From positions 1 through 27,266 of the IMG/VR virus record IMGVR_UViG_3300009436_000085: 27,266 nt of DNA, one strand, 5' to 3'. Made by a program: the position numbers and the translations under genes. Positions 9,909-19,231 of the stretch are shown piece after piece (within the stretch, counting starts at the first letter, position 1; every line of letters begins with the position of its first letter). This stretch comes from a virus. Taxonomy: Duplodnaviria > Caudoviricetes. Under the pieces are notes generated by a model. The model was not told the origin of the DNA. It searched no databases and was given only the letters and a program-made list of their open reading frames with translations.

Positions 9909-9916
9909 CAAATATA
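9909..9916 (-). promoter_or_regulatory. Bacteroidota sigma-A -7 element (TATATTTG) upstream of scaffold-MCP
   Basis: Exact TAnnTTTG in the intergenic region; no clear -33 TTG element. Confidence 0.35.
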
Positions 9917-10018
9917 TAACCAGATTATAAGAATTTAGGGTATTTAGGCATTTAATATTCTCACGCCTAAACCCCAATCTTACTTAAAGCTATATTTTTG
10001 TGCTCATTTTTTATAAAA

Positions 10019-12532
10019 TTATTTATTATTTCCGTATTTTAAAGCTAATTCTTCTCTATCAAATTCTAGTTGCTTGTCTTTTGCTATTCTATCAGCTATG
10101 ATTTGCTTCTCTTTTGCTAATACAAGCTCTGCTTTACCATCTCCATTAGTATCTGCAGCATTCTTGATTGTGAGTGATTGTATCTGTGCTCTAGCTTCTT
10201 GACTTCTGAGAACTTCAACATGCTTCTTATAGTCATACTCTTGTGCTGCTGCATCTACTGCTGCTTGAGTTTGCTGTTGCTTATCTAGCTTCTGCATCTC
10301 AAATTGCTGTGCTTGCTGCTGAGCCTCTGATATCTCTTTCTTATATCTCTTAGTAAGATTTATAATATCACTCTTAGTAGTTGCTTGAGTAAGCTCTAGT
10401 ATAATATCTATACCGTTTCCTCCTGCTCCACCTACTAACTGCATCATTTGCTGCTTTAAGAATTCTATCTGCTGCATTTCAAATCCTGAGTTTTCTAACT
10501 CAATACCCATTTCTGTGTAGAAGAATTCTCTACCTGCTTTCAACTCCATTAAAGATGAAGGTGATAGTATATGCTCTATCTGAGTAGGATGATCTTTATA
10601 ATGCATCCTAGCTTTATCCATCAATGCTCTAGCTGCCTTTTCAAATATTATCCTATGAGTCTCATTAATTGGCTCAGTCTGATTAGAACTAGCTGATTGC
10701 TGAGATTGTAAGTTTGATGTATTTGTATATTGACCTGCTGCACCTGCTCTAGCTTTACTAAAGTACATAGCATCGAATAAACCCTCTCTAAAGAAGTTTA
10801 ATAGATTTATGTTCTCACCTATCTCTGCCATCTTACTAGCATTAATACTTTTAAGTATGTTGTTGTCTATAGGTGAAACTCCATGCTTCCTGTTCTGAAT
10901 TGGTAACATAGAGAAATCTTTTAATAAAGTAAAGAATTCCTTCTGCTTCATCTTCTCAGGCTTGGCATCTATATTATATGGAAATAAATTACCCATATTT
11001 GTTTTAATAGTATGCTTCAACTCTGCCATCTGTATATCAAAGTCCCTCTGATATGTTTTACCTGAATCTACTACACTTCTATTCTTAGTTCTGTTTGCGT
11101 AACTAAAGTATCTCTTTCCGTAGTAAGGTAATTCTAAATTGTATGGATTTTTTATTGTACCATGTTGGTACTTAACAGGCTCAACTTTAATGTAATGATC
11201 TGCGATCTTAGTTCCTTGCCAAACTTCTTTAGCCCAAACCTTTGTTACACTATAATCGGATTCTACAGGCTCATAGTTTTCACCTACCCAATAGCTCTCC
11301 ATTCTATCCTCACCTGAATTATATCTTAGTACTTTTTTATAAAGCCTATTATCTTTCCATGTTACATGTTGAACCCTAAGTCCTAAGTTACTTATGTTTT
11401 GATTGTTTCTAGTAGCTGATCCTCCCATCACATCTCCGTACATACTATTGAAGTTTCTGTTACCTTCAATTGTCCTAGTATCTAAGTTTCCGTACTTTTC
11501 TAAATAGAAATCACCATCTCTTGCTGAAGCCTCTAGTACTGTTTTTATATTATCTTGATTGTACCAAGCTTCTTTTGAGAAACCCTTTCCTCTAAATTCA
11601 CTCATTGGCATTACACCACCTTCAAGATCCTTTAGCATTTTAGGAGTTAAATACTCTGCGTACCTTTCTGTTATATCAGGAATAGTCATAACTTGATCTC
11701 TCCTAGCCCAATCCATTTCTTGAACCCATGTCTTATTAGGTGAACCACCATATATCAGCTCATCAGGATAAACATTTTCAAATAATAAATCATCTCTATG
11801 AACATCAACGTAATAATACTCCTCTCCTGTCGGAAGTGAGTGTACGAATCCTTCTATATTCTTTTCTCTTAAGTTTAATTGATCTGTCAAAAAAGCCATA
11901 ACTTCTTGAGCTTGCTTAGCTACAGGAGTTCTGTAGTCATTTTCCATATACTCAACAATTTCTTTAGGAGATAAAGCTTTTGCTCTACCCTCTATCTGAG
12001 ATTGAAACTCCTTCTGCTCTTCAGGAGTCAAACTTAATGGATCCTCTATGCCAAACTGTTTTAGCATATTACTAGCCACTTGCTGTTTTAGAGGTCCTAG
12101 GAACTCCTTCTCAACACTGCTCTTAAGTAGCTTATTGTATTCCTTAGCTACGAAAGTTTCTTTATATGGAGATAGATCTTGAACTACTAAAGAGAATGGT
12201 CTTCTCAACTGCTCACCTATCATTGCCTGCCCAATTTGAGATATTAATGGATAGTGTATAACAGGATTATCATTCAATGTAAAAGTTTCCCCCATTATAC
12301 TGTGGGTCTTATTATCATCGTATATCTTAGTATCTACTCTACCATTTAATAAATCATAATTCAAGTCAAAATTTCTTAATCTATCTTCGTCAAATCCATC
12401 CGAAAATGAATTAGCACAATACTGATCTATTATTTGCTTTTGCCTCTTTGAATTGTTGGCTGACTTTTTAGCTGAAGAAACCCTTGGGTTAACCTCGCTA
12501 TTATTTTCAAATGTTCTGCTTATGTATGCCAT
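10019..12532 (-). CDS. Portal protein
   Basis: 837 aa directly after TerL. NYDLLNG, IHYPLI..MIGE..RP, EVWQGTKI and LPYYG motifs plus a Q-rich C-terminal coiled-coil, like crAss portals. Confidence 0.85.
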   Translation of the reverse strand: MAYISRTFENNSEVNPRVSSAKKSANNSKRQKQIIDQYCANSFSDGFDEDRLRNFDLNYDLLNGRVDTKIYDDNKTHSIMGETFTLNDNPVIHYPLISQIGQAMIGEQLRRPFSLVVQDLSPYKETFVAKEYNKLLKSSVEKEFLGPLKQQVASNMLKQFGIEDPLSLTPEEQKEFQSQIEGRAKALSPKEIVEYMENDYRTPVAKQAQEVMAFLTDQLNLREKNIEGFVHSLPTGEEYYYVDVHRDDLLFENVYPDELIYGGSPNKTWVQEMDWARRDQVMTIPDITERYAEYLTPKMLKDLEGGVMPMSEFRGKGFSKEAWYNQDNIKTVLEASARDGDFYLEKYGNLDTRTIEGNRNFNSMYGDVMGGSATRNNQNISNLGLRVQHVTWKDNRLYKKVLRYNSGEDRMESYWVGENYEPVESDYSVTKVWAKEVWQGTKIADHYIKVEPVKYQHGTIKNPYNLELPYYGKRYFSYANRTKNRSVVDSGKTYQRDFDIQMAELKHTIKTNMGNLFPYNIDAKPEKMKQKEFFTLLKDFSMLPIQNRKHGVSPIDNNILKSINASKMAEIGENINLLNFFREGLFDAMYFSKARAGAAGQYTNTSNLQSQQSASSNQTEPINETHRIIFEKAARALMDKARMHYKDHPTQIEHILSPSSLMELKAGREFFYTEMGIELENSGFEMQQIEFLKQQMMQLVGGAGGNGIDIILELTQATTKSDIINLTKRYKKEISEAQQQAQQFEMQKLDKQQQTQAAVDAAAQEYDYKKHVEVLRSQEARAQIQSLTIKNAADTNGDGKAELVLAKEKQIIADRIAKDKQLEFDREELALKYGNNK

Positions 12533-12553
12533 CTGTTTTTTTTATACTTACTC

Positions 12554-14968
12554 CTAGAACTTTAGGAATTCTATAGTTCTATTGTTTGGATTGTCTAGCT
12601 GCTCGTTATCATACTCCTCGTATGCATCTTCGGCATCTAAATTGATTACTAAATCTTGTCCCTCTAACTCAGTTTTCAGTATCATTAATAAATACAAAGA
12701 AGATAATGCATCAAACTTTGTTTTATATTCAGGCTCATAATTAATAGCCTCACTTAATATTCTTAAACTTTTTATCTCTTGAAACTTTTTCTTTGTTGGT
12801 ACACCATCTTTATCCCTGTCTATAACTTCCTTAAACCATGTAGAAAGTTTTAGATAAGCATGTGCATTTAAAGTGGCATTCATCTTAACACCTCTACCCC
12901 AATGCGAGGCTCTTATCTTACCCTTGTGTAACTTATTCAAAGTTTCTAGTGGCTCTAGTGAAAACATTCCTAAGCATTCATTATCTGATGCCCACTCTAA
13001 CATGTATGGAATGTTACGCTCTTGAAAAATTTGAGCACTATAATATTTAGCTATTAAAAGTATAATTTCGTAAGTGTCTGTTATTGACTCTGTACGACCT
13101 GTCCACTCTAATACTATATTATCTCGCATACCTCCCATGTTACCTCCGAAGTCTGCCTTATAAACCATTATACTATTTAAAGAAGCACCCTTTCCTGATT
13201 GAGAAACTGGATCGACTATTACGTGATATAGACCATCAGGTGGACTATCTATAACGTCTTCATACATTATACATACACCTCTAAGGTCATCTAAATTGTC
13301 TTCTCTACCCCAATCTACTATTGGTGTAAACTCCTTCTTGAAATCTTTGTCAAATCTAACACCTCCAACTACATTTTTGTCAGAATGGAATGTACCCATC
13401 GCAACATCAGGCGAGTCTAAAGTATTCAAAGAAACTAAATCTGCTCTGTATGTTGCCATCTCTGCAGTAGGAAACTTATTCTTAGTTTTAGGAATAAGCA
13501 TCTCCTTCGGATAAATAGGATTAAACATCACATGATCTATGAATGATGCTGAATCTTTCTCCTTCTTTAACTCTATCCTTTTTTGTATTACTCTAGCTAA
13601 AGATTCCTTTATTAATGTATTACCTTGTGGATCTTTAAACTCCTCTGCTGCATAAACTACAGATACAAATAAACCTGACCTAGCTTTAGAATTTGATCTG
13701 TTATAAAAATCTCTAATGTTACATACGTTATAACCTCTAGGATTCTCAAACATATCTTTTGAACCTTCTATCTTAGAAGACTCTCCACCAGTTCCGATAG
13801 CTACTAAACTACCTGTACCTCTTTCACCAACCTTCAGTGAGTTTTCACAGGCTGCTTGTATCTCTCTTATGTTATCAATGAAACCACACTCCTCTAAATA
13901 TATCCTCCTAAACCTATCACCTGCAACTATCTTAGCATTGTTAGGTTTTATTGATAAAAGACTAGCTTGATTACCTGTTATATCTTTAGCTCCACTCTTC
14001 TTCTTAACTTCGTGCCTAACTAGATTGTCAACTATCCACGAACCACCTGAAGTCTGCTTATAACAGAACCCATGATAATCAGGAAGTCTGTCAAACTTAC
14101 CAGGAAGGTTTGCGTAAGACCTTGATATGTTAGCCAATGATCTTTCCAAAGGATCCTTCTTGGAAGCTGCCAATGCAAAGAGCATATCATTGTTGGTTAG
14201 GTATAATTCTTCATATCTCCTAACACCATTAAAAAACCACTCATGTAAAAAATCTCCTAAAAATGTGAAGAAAGATTTACCTAGTGTCCTTGATGCTAAC
14301 AACACAGCATTCTGCCTTTGATTTAAATACAAAGGAAGTCCTAATGGTCTGTCTTGTTTTCTTGTTATTAAATAGTGCTCAGTTAAATATATCCAAGGAT
14401 CAATGTACTCTTTAAAGCTACCACTCTTAATGGTAAGTTTCTCTAAGTTATTTTCTACATCCTCTATCTCAAATGCTTGTAAACAATCTCTCCAATTAGG
14501 ATATTTTTCTAAGTCTCTATCCTCTATTTTTCTTATGTAATCACAGCAAGTATAATTGTAATCATCTTCAAAACCACTAAACCCATCCATTATAAAATAG
14601 TAGGTAGCCATTATCCATTCATTATCCCTTAACCTTGGATAAATTCTTTTTCTCTCGTCATCAACTATTTTTATGATATTAGTATAGAAGTATAGCTTAG
14701 GCATCATGTACACCCAAGTACCTTCTCCATCATCACTATCTTCTGCTACATCATAAAACCACTTACCCTCTACTATGTTTTTAGTAACTTTATCCCAATA
14801 TCTGTCATAAGTTTGACTAAATGGATTTAAAGTTTCAGGATGATTTCTTTCATAGAATAAATCCCTGTTTTGTATCTTATATGGTAACATGTCAACACCA
14901 AAGAAGTCTGTACCATCTATTTCTACAATTCTATCAACTATACCATCCCTCAGCCTCTTACTTTCCAT
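12554..14968 (-). CDS. terL: Terminase large subunit
   Basis: Walker A ASRTLGKS, Walker B RIYLEE, coupling motif IGTGG, RNase H-like nuclease IVDPV...FDALS. Confidence 0.92.
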   Translation of the reverse strand: MESKRLRDGIVDRIVEIDGTDFFGVDMLPYKIQNRDLFYERNHPETLNPFSQTYDRYWDKVTKNIVEGKWFYDVAEDSDDGEGTWVYMMPKLYFYTNIIKIVDDERKRIYPRLRDNEWIMATYYFIMDGFSGFEDDYNYTCCDYIRKIEDRDLEKYPNWRDCLQAFEIEDVENNLEKLTIKSGSFKEYIDPWIYLTEHYLITRKQDRPLGLPLYLNQRQNAVLLASRTLGKSFFTFLGDFLHEWFFNGVRRYEELYLTNNDMLFALAASKKDPLERSLANISRSYANLPGKFDRLPDYHGFCYKQTSGGSWIVDNLVRHEVKKKSGAKDITGNQASLLSIKPNNAKIVAGDRFRRIYLEECGFIDNIREIQAACENSLKVGERGTGSLVAIGTGGESSKIEGSKDMFENPRGYNVCNIRDFYNRSNSKARSGLFVSVVYAAEEFKDPQGNTLIKESLARVIQKRIELKKEKDSASFIDHVMFNPIYPKEMLIPKTKNKFPTAEMATYRADLVSLNTLDSPDVAMGTFHSDKNVVGGVRFDKDFKKEFTPIVDWGREDNLDDLRGVCIMYEDVIDSPPDGLYHVIVDPVSQSGKGASLNSIMVYKADFGGNMGGMRDNIVLEWTGRTESITDTYEIILLIAKYYSAQIFQERNIPYMLEWASDNECLGMFSLEPLETLNKLHKGKIRASHWGRGVKMNATLNAHAYLKLSTWFKEVIDRDKDGVPTKKKFQEIKSLRILSEAINYEPEYKTKFDALSSLYLLMILKTELEGQDLVINLDAEDAYEEYDNEQLDNPNNRTIEFLKF

Positions 14969-14969
14969 C

Positions 14970-15542
14970 TTAATCTATTATTCCTTTTTTCTTCATCTCC
15001 GAAGTCATTGCCTCAGCTTTACGCTCTTGATATGACTTTATGTAACCTGCATATGAAGCCTGTTCTCCAACCTCTTCCTTGGCTAACATTTCTAACTCTT
15101 CGTATTCTTCTAAATATGACTTCTGAGTCTTACGCATCGTCTCCTTCATGATAAGATCATCTTCATTGTCGTATGCTAAACCTCTGTAGAATATCTCACG
15201 TTCTGATAATTCTAAACGCATAACTGATAACCTTTTTTGTAGCTCTGTTCTACACTTATCTTTATAAGATAATATATATCTATTATACTCATTCCAAGGA
15301 AAGTTAGACTGCTTCATGAAAGACAAGTTAACATCCTCTATCCTCTCTTTCTCATCATCTATAGCTGCATAGTAGCTTGACTTAAGATCGTAGATTCTGT
15401 ATATACCTCCCATTATCTTATCTCCAAGCTCCTCTGACTCTTCGTACAAATCACAGAAAGGTTTCATCTCCTTTATCAATGGGTTCTGCTCAGAAAATGT
15501 CATGTCATCAGCATATATCACCGCAAACTCTACTATACTCAT
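14970..15542 (-). CDS. Hypothetical protein, candidate terminase small subunit
   Basis: Helical 190-aa protein whose stop lies 1 nt before the terL start; function inferred from position only. Confidence 0.45.
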   Translation of the reverse strand: MSIVEFAVIYADDMTFSEQNPLIKEMKPFCDLYEESEELGDKIMGGIYRIYDLKSSYYAAIDDEKERIEDVNLSFMKQSNFPWNEYNRYILSYKDKCRTELQKRLSVMRLELSEREIFYRGLAYDNEDDLIMKETMRKTQKSYLEEYEELEMLAKEEVGEQASYAGYIKSYQERKAEAMTSEMKKKGIID

Positions 15543-15552
15543 ATCTTATATT

Positions 15553-15765
15553 TTACTTATCAGTACCCACTTCTATTATTTCTGTACAAGCTGTACCCTT
15601 TACATTGTAACCCTTTGATGAATGAGAAAAAGAGACGATGTTTCCATCAGTCTCTTTGTTGCTACAATCAATATCGTAGACTTTACCTTTCTCTTTACCT
15701 TCATCAAAAGCACTTCCTCCAAATTCAAGTCCTCTATATTTGGATTGTCTTATTTTAATTTTCAT
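15553..15765 (-). CDS. Hypothetical protein
   Basis: 70-aa ORF tightly packed in operon. Confidence 0.6.
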   Translation of the reverse strand: MKIKIRQSKYRGLEFGGSAFDEGKEKGKVYDIDCSNKETDGNIVSFSHSSKGYNVKGTACTEIIEVGTDK

Positions 15766-15770
15766 AATTT

Positions 15771-15923
15771 TTAATCTACTCTTCGTATTGAAATTATTTC
15801 AGGAAATCTCCAAGAGTTGTGAAATTCAAAAACCCACTTATTTTTATCTTCATCTTCAATAAATCTCCTCTTTGGAGTTTTACCTTTGTACGGATCTTCT
15901 AATTCATTTTCTCCCATAATCAT
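15771..15923 (-). CDS. Small hypothetical protein (50 aa, missed by ORF track)
   Basis: Manual translation MIMGENELEDPYKGKTPKRRFIEDEDKNKWVFEFHNSWRFPEIISIRRVD*; fills the gap exactly and has an A-rich leader. Confidence 0.6.
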   Translation of the reverse strand: MIMGENELEDPYKGKTPKRRFIEDEDKNKWVFEFHNSWRFPEIISIRRVD

Positions 15924-15968
15924 AATATTTTATTTTGTTCATCCCCATGAACTTCATTAACAGTTATT

Positions 15969-16005
15969 AAAAAAAAGATGAAGGAGCAGAGGATGCCCCT
16001 ACATC
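15969..16005 (-). terminator. Rho-independent terminator
   Basis: Minus strand GATGTAGGGGCA-TCCTC-TGCTCCTTCATC followed by T8. Confidence 0.7.
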
Positions 16006-16026
16006 AGAGGTGAGAATCTCACTAGA

Positions 16027-16395
16027 CTAATCTACAAATTTAACATTTCCAGCTATCTGTAGTGAGATTTTTCTTTTAGATGCATTAACCCTCCTCTCAA
16101 GTGTATCAGGGTCAGCTACAAAGTAATTTTCATTTTTATCTAAGTATACAGTTATGTACTTTGTTATAGGTAGAATTCCTGATCTAGCTCCAACATTTGC
16201 TAACCTAACTTCTCCTGTTAGTTCTCCTGTTTCCTTATTAAAGGTTCCACTAGTACAACCACAACTGTAATGTATGTAATCTATTATATCCTCAAATCTA
16301 TCCTCACCTTCTTCTAGTTCTAGCTTAAAATTAAACTTGTGAACTTCTTTATTCGTCTTTTCATCGAATGAACTAACATTAGTACTACAACGCAT
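16027..16395 (-). CDS. DUF1573-like (SCGCT) Ig-fold protein
   Basis: HKFNF...SCGCTS...GELTGEV...KYITVY...LQIAGNV matches the Bacteroidota DUF1573 pattern; no signal peptide. Confidence 0.7.
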   Translation of the reverse strand: MRCSTNVSSFDEKTNKEVHKFNFKLELEEGEDRFEDIIDYIHYSCGCTSGTFNKETGELTGEVRLANVGARSGILPITKYITVYLDKNENYFVADPDTLERRVNASKRKISLQIAGNVKFVD

Positions 16396-16396
16396 A

Positions 16397-16798
16397 TTAT
16401 CCCTTATTTTTATTATTACTAACTATATCAAAATTAAACCCTACTTGGTTATTCTTAATAACTCTCCAATTCTCTTCAAGTTCCATCTGAATCCAAAGTG
16501 GATCATCTTCTCCATCTTCATCTTTGTTTCCACATACTCCACTAGTAGTTGTCATCAAACCCTCAGTACTGCATCCACACCCATTTCCATTCTGACCTAC
16601 ACAAATACCTTCTTTTACACATTGACTACATAATAAGCTTCTGTAAACTAATTGCTCAGAGTAAGCTAATGCTTCTGATGGTTCTATGTTTATACCTGTA
16701 CACAACTCTTTCTTTGACTTAAAGAAAACTAGTAACTTCTTCCAATTGAAGATGTCTTTAAAACCTCTCTTCTTTATGTGATTTATTATCTCTCGCAT
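16397..16798 (-). CDS. Cys-cluster (putative metal-binding, DUF6171-like) protein
   Basis: R..LCSQC...C...GCGC...C...W pattern. Confidence 0.55.
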   Translation of the reverse strand: MREIINHIKKRGFKDIFNWKKLLVFFKSKKELCTGINIEPSEALAYSEQLVYRSLLCSQCVKEGICVGQNGNGCGCSTEGLMTTTSGVCGNKDEDGEDDPLWIQMELEENWRVIKNNQVGFNFDIVSNNKNKG

Positions 16799-16800
16799 AA

Positions 16801-17409
16801 TTAAGATTTTAAGTCGTACTTAGCTAATATCTTATATGGAGACACAATGAATGTACTTATTAAATGTACAGGTGTTCCATACTCTTCAGGTAATAAGAAG
16901 TAGTAAGGCTTCCACTTAGCATGGATTGTATCTAACTCTTTCTTCAAACCTTGTGGTAGGATTGGCTTCTCTGCACCAAATGAATTCGCATACTGCATAG
17001 CTGCAACGAAATCTGGATTAGGTGCACTTCCTGTTGTCTCGTCTACAGGTAGAACTACTAAATCACCTTCTTGGTATTGAGGATTATTTATACTAGAACC
17101 TACTTTAATTATCTTAGCTAGGTTAATATATCTCCTAGCGAAAGAAGTTTGTCCTGATAACTTTAAAGTACCATCCATGTCAGGCATAAGTATCGTACCT
17201 GCCTTGCCACCTTGCTTTACTTGATACACAAATACCTTGATTATATAATCCTCAGTATTAGAGATATTTTTGTAATTACTAGAAAAGTCTTCTGATGCAA
17301 ACTTAACTAACTGTTTATTAAACTCTTTCTTGTCTAGCACTTCAGGCATAAAAGTTTCTGCCATCTCGTTAAATATCTCCTGTGCCTCTTTTACTGTTAC
17401 TTGATTCAA
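16801..17409 (-). CDS. GroES/Cpn10-like co-chaperonin with extensions
   Basis: EDYIIKV..KQGGKAGTILMPD and AKIIKVG...YQEGDLVVLP parallel GroES DRVLVK..KTAGGIILPD and GEVVAVG..VKVGDKVLF; TTG start. Confidence 0.6.
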   Translation of the reverse strand: MNQVTVKEAQEIFNEMAETFMPEVLDKKEFNKQLVKFASEDFSSNYKNISNTEDYIIKVFVYQVKQGGKAGTILMPDMDGTLKLSGQTSFARRYINLAKIIKVGSSINNPQYQEGDLVVLPVDETTGSAPNPDFVAAMQYANSFGAEKPILPQGLKKELDTIHAKWKPYYFLLPEEYGTPVHLISTFIVSPYKILAKYDLKS

Positions 17410-17448
17410 ATCTTTATATTTTTGTTATTATCCCAATTAATTTAATTC

Positions 17449-17871
17449 CTACTCTTCTTCCAATGCTGACTCTGCTGCCTTACGTTCGAATTCTTCTAGA
17501 TGCTGCTTTGCTCTAGCTAAGTTATCTTCAGTAGGTATCATCAACTTGTCACCTTTATACTTCATGAACATATCTCCTCTAAGATGCTTTCGCTCACTTT
17601 TCTGTGACATGTTTACAAATCTCTTAGCTGATCTCAAAGCTTCAGACTTATGAATGTCTGTGATACCATCCTCATCGATACCATCTCTTTTTATAATAGC
17701 TTCCATAGCATTAACATAAGCTACTTTTTCTACTGATCTTCTATTCTCAGGTGTCACCACTGCACCTCCGTATAGTTCTCTAGGATATATACCGTAGCTA
17801 ACACCTTCTAGATTCTTGTCTAGACCTTTACCACTGTATATCTCTTTTCCGTACTTATTTAATCTTCCCAT
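17449..17871 (-). CDS. Hypothetical protein
   Basis: 140-aa ORF in operon. Confidence 0.7.
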   Translation of the reverse strand: MGRLNKYGKEIYSGKGLDKNLEGVSYGIYPRELYGGAVVTPENRRSVEKVAYVNAMEAIIKRDGIDEDGITDIHKSEALRSAKRFVNMSQKSERKHLRGDMFMKYKGDKLMIPTEDNLARAKQHLEEFERKAAESALEEE

Positions 17872-17873
17872 CT

Positions 17874-18626
17874 CTATTTTTTGTGTTTACCCCTACTTCT
17901 CAGCTCCTCTGCTGATTTATTCTTTGTGTTGTATCCTACTCTGTCTACAAACCTATTTCCGTAATCTACTAACTCTCTTCCAATTCTAAGGGCTTCTCTA
18001 TCCCTTTCAGGTGTTGGTCCTGATTTACCTTTCTTAATATTAAAACGCTCTTCACCAAACCATGTACCATATAGTGAACGTCTTCTGCTAATTGTGGAGT
18101 TATAAACTATCGACACCCACAACTTTTCTGCTATTGAACTTTCAAATCTAGGTTCACTAAATAACCACTTCAACCATTCATCTTCTTCTAGCTTAAAATA
18201 ATTATTAGGTAAATCTGTCTTAATACCTGTAACCCAACTATCTTCTAATTCTTGTGGGTCTATTTCATTCCACCTACAAGCTAAATTATCATCCTTTCCG
18301 TACTTTGCGTTGACTGCTTTTTTGTAAAGCTTCCACCACCTCTTTATGTCGTAAACTAATCTGTACCTAGGAAATGTACCTTTTTTAAAAAACTTAATCT
18401 GTCTTTTTAAAGTCCTTGATAAATTGTAAAATGTAGACTTAAAAACACCTAACTCAGGAACTGATACAGTTGGCATCCTAGCATCTTGTAACAGTTCTCT
18501 AAATCTAACAAAGTATTCATCAATTAAATCTAAACCATCCTCCTCGCTAATGCCTGCTTCCTTAGAGGCGATATTAATCTCCTTCCTCAGTTGACTCAAA
18601 TAATTGGAATGTCTTGTTACTTTCAC
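17874..18626 (-). CDS. HU/IHF-like DNA-binding protein with long C-terminal extension
   Basis: ASKEAGISEEDGLDLIDEYF..FRELL...TVSVPELGVFK resembles the HU helix-turn-helix plus V.l.gFG.F signature. IHF-like genes are typical of crAss-like head modules. Confidence 0.6.
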   Translation of the reverse strand: MKVTRHSNYLSQLRKEINIASKEAGISEEDGLDLIDEYFVRFRELLQDARMPTVSVPELGVFKSTFYNLSRTLKRQIKFFKKGTFPRYRLVYDIKRWWKLYKKAVNAKYGKDDNLACRWNEIDPQELEDSWVTGIKTDLPNNYFKLEEDEWLKWLFSEPRFESSIAEKLWVSIVYNSTISRRRSLYGTWFGEERFNIKKGKSGPTPERDREALRIGRELVDYGNRFVDRVGYNTKNKSAEELRSRGKHKK

Positions 18627-18861
18627 CTTCTATATCTTCTACTACTTCAATTTTTAACCCTAAAAAATAGGACAGATCTTTAAGCTTTAAGCTGTCTACA
18701 CATACAACCTCTATTTTCTCCCCAAAATACTCATCACCACTACTATTCAACTCTTCTTTGTACTCACCCATTAATGTAGATACTATATCAAACCTAATTT
18801 TAATGCTGTTATAGTATTGCTCATCGCTAAGACCTGCCCATATATTATCGATTATTCTCAC
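18574..18861 (-). CDS. Hypothetical acidic protein
   Basis: 95-aa ORF, GTG start, overlaps the next gene by 53 nt. Confidence 0.6.
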   Translation of the reverse strand: MRIIDNIWAGLSDEQYYNSIKIRFDIVSTLMGEYKEELNSSGDEYFGEKIEVVCVDSLKLKDLSYFLGLKIEVVEDIEGESNKTFQLFESTEEGD

Positions 18862-18868
18862 TTTAATT

Positions 18869-19231
18869 TTATTGTTGTTCTAGCTGAAATCTCATTGTCA
18901 CCTCAAAATCGTTCCCTCTAACTTTCTCTAAGAATGGAAGTAAGAAAATCTCACCTCTGTCTCTCTTAGCTAGAAATTTCTTTGCTATGTTATTTGATTT
19001 GGTATTTACATTACTTCTAGTAAACCCATATTTCTTATATTCTTCTAATACTCTAGGAGTAAACAACCTCCTAGTATTTAAATCCCTTTGGACCTTTATT
19101 GTTGCTATTATGAAATCCTCCTCACCTGTTGTTGCATATTTGCCAGGAGCATCAACTATTTGACATAGCTGTAAGCACCTTCTGATAAGGTCATCTTCAT
19201 TTAGTATTCTTAAAAAATCTTTGCTTTCCAT
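18869..19231 (-). CDS. Hypothetical protein, possible winged-HTH
   Basis: YGFTRSNVNTKSNNIAKKFLAKRD..EIFL resembles a wHTH recognition helix and wing. Confidence 0.45.
   Translation of the reverse strand: MESKDFLRILNEDDLIRRCLQLCQIVDAPGKYATTGEEDFIIATIKVQRDLNTRRLFTPRVLEEYKKYGFTRSNVNTKSNNIAKKFLAKRDRGEIFLLPFLEKVRGNDFEVTMRFQLEQQ

Noticed and set aside
12554-14968. Intron or intein in terL, portal or MCP
   Set aside because: Continuous ORFs of expected size; no intein C...HN or LAGLIDADG motifs seen.
242-16633. Short plus-strand ORFs (242, 1601, 2293, 3855, 7302, 8680, 13296, 14127, 16445)
   Set aside because: Antisense shadows inside long, well-supported minus-strand genes; no recognisable motifs.
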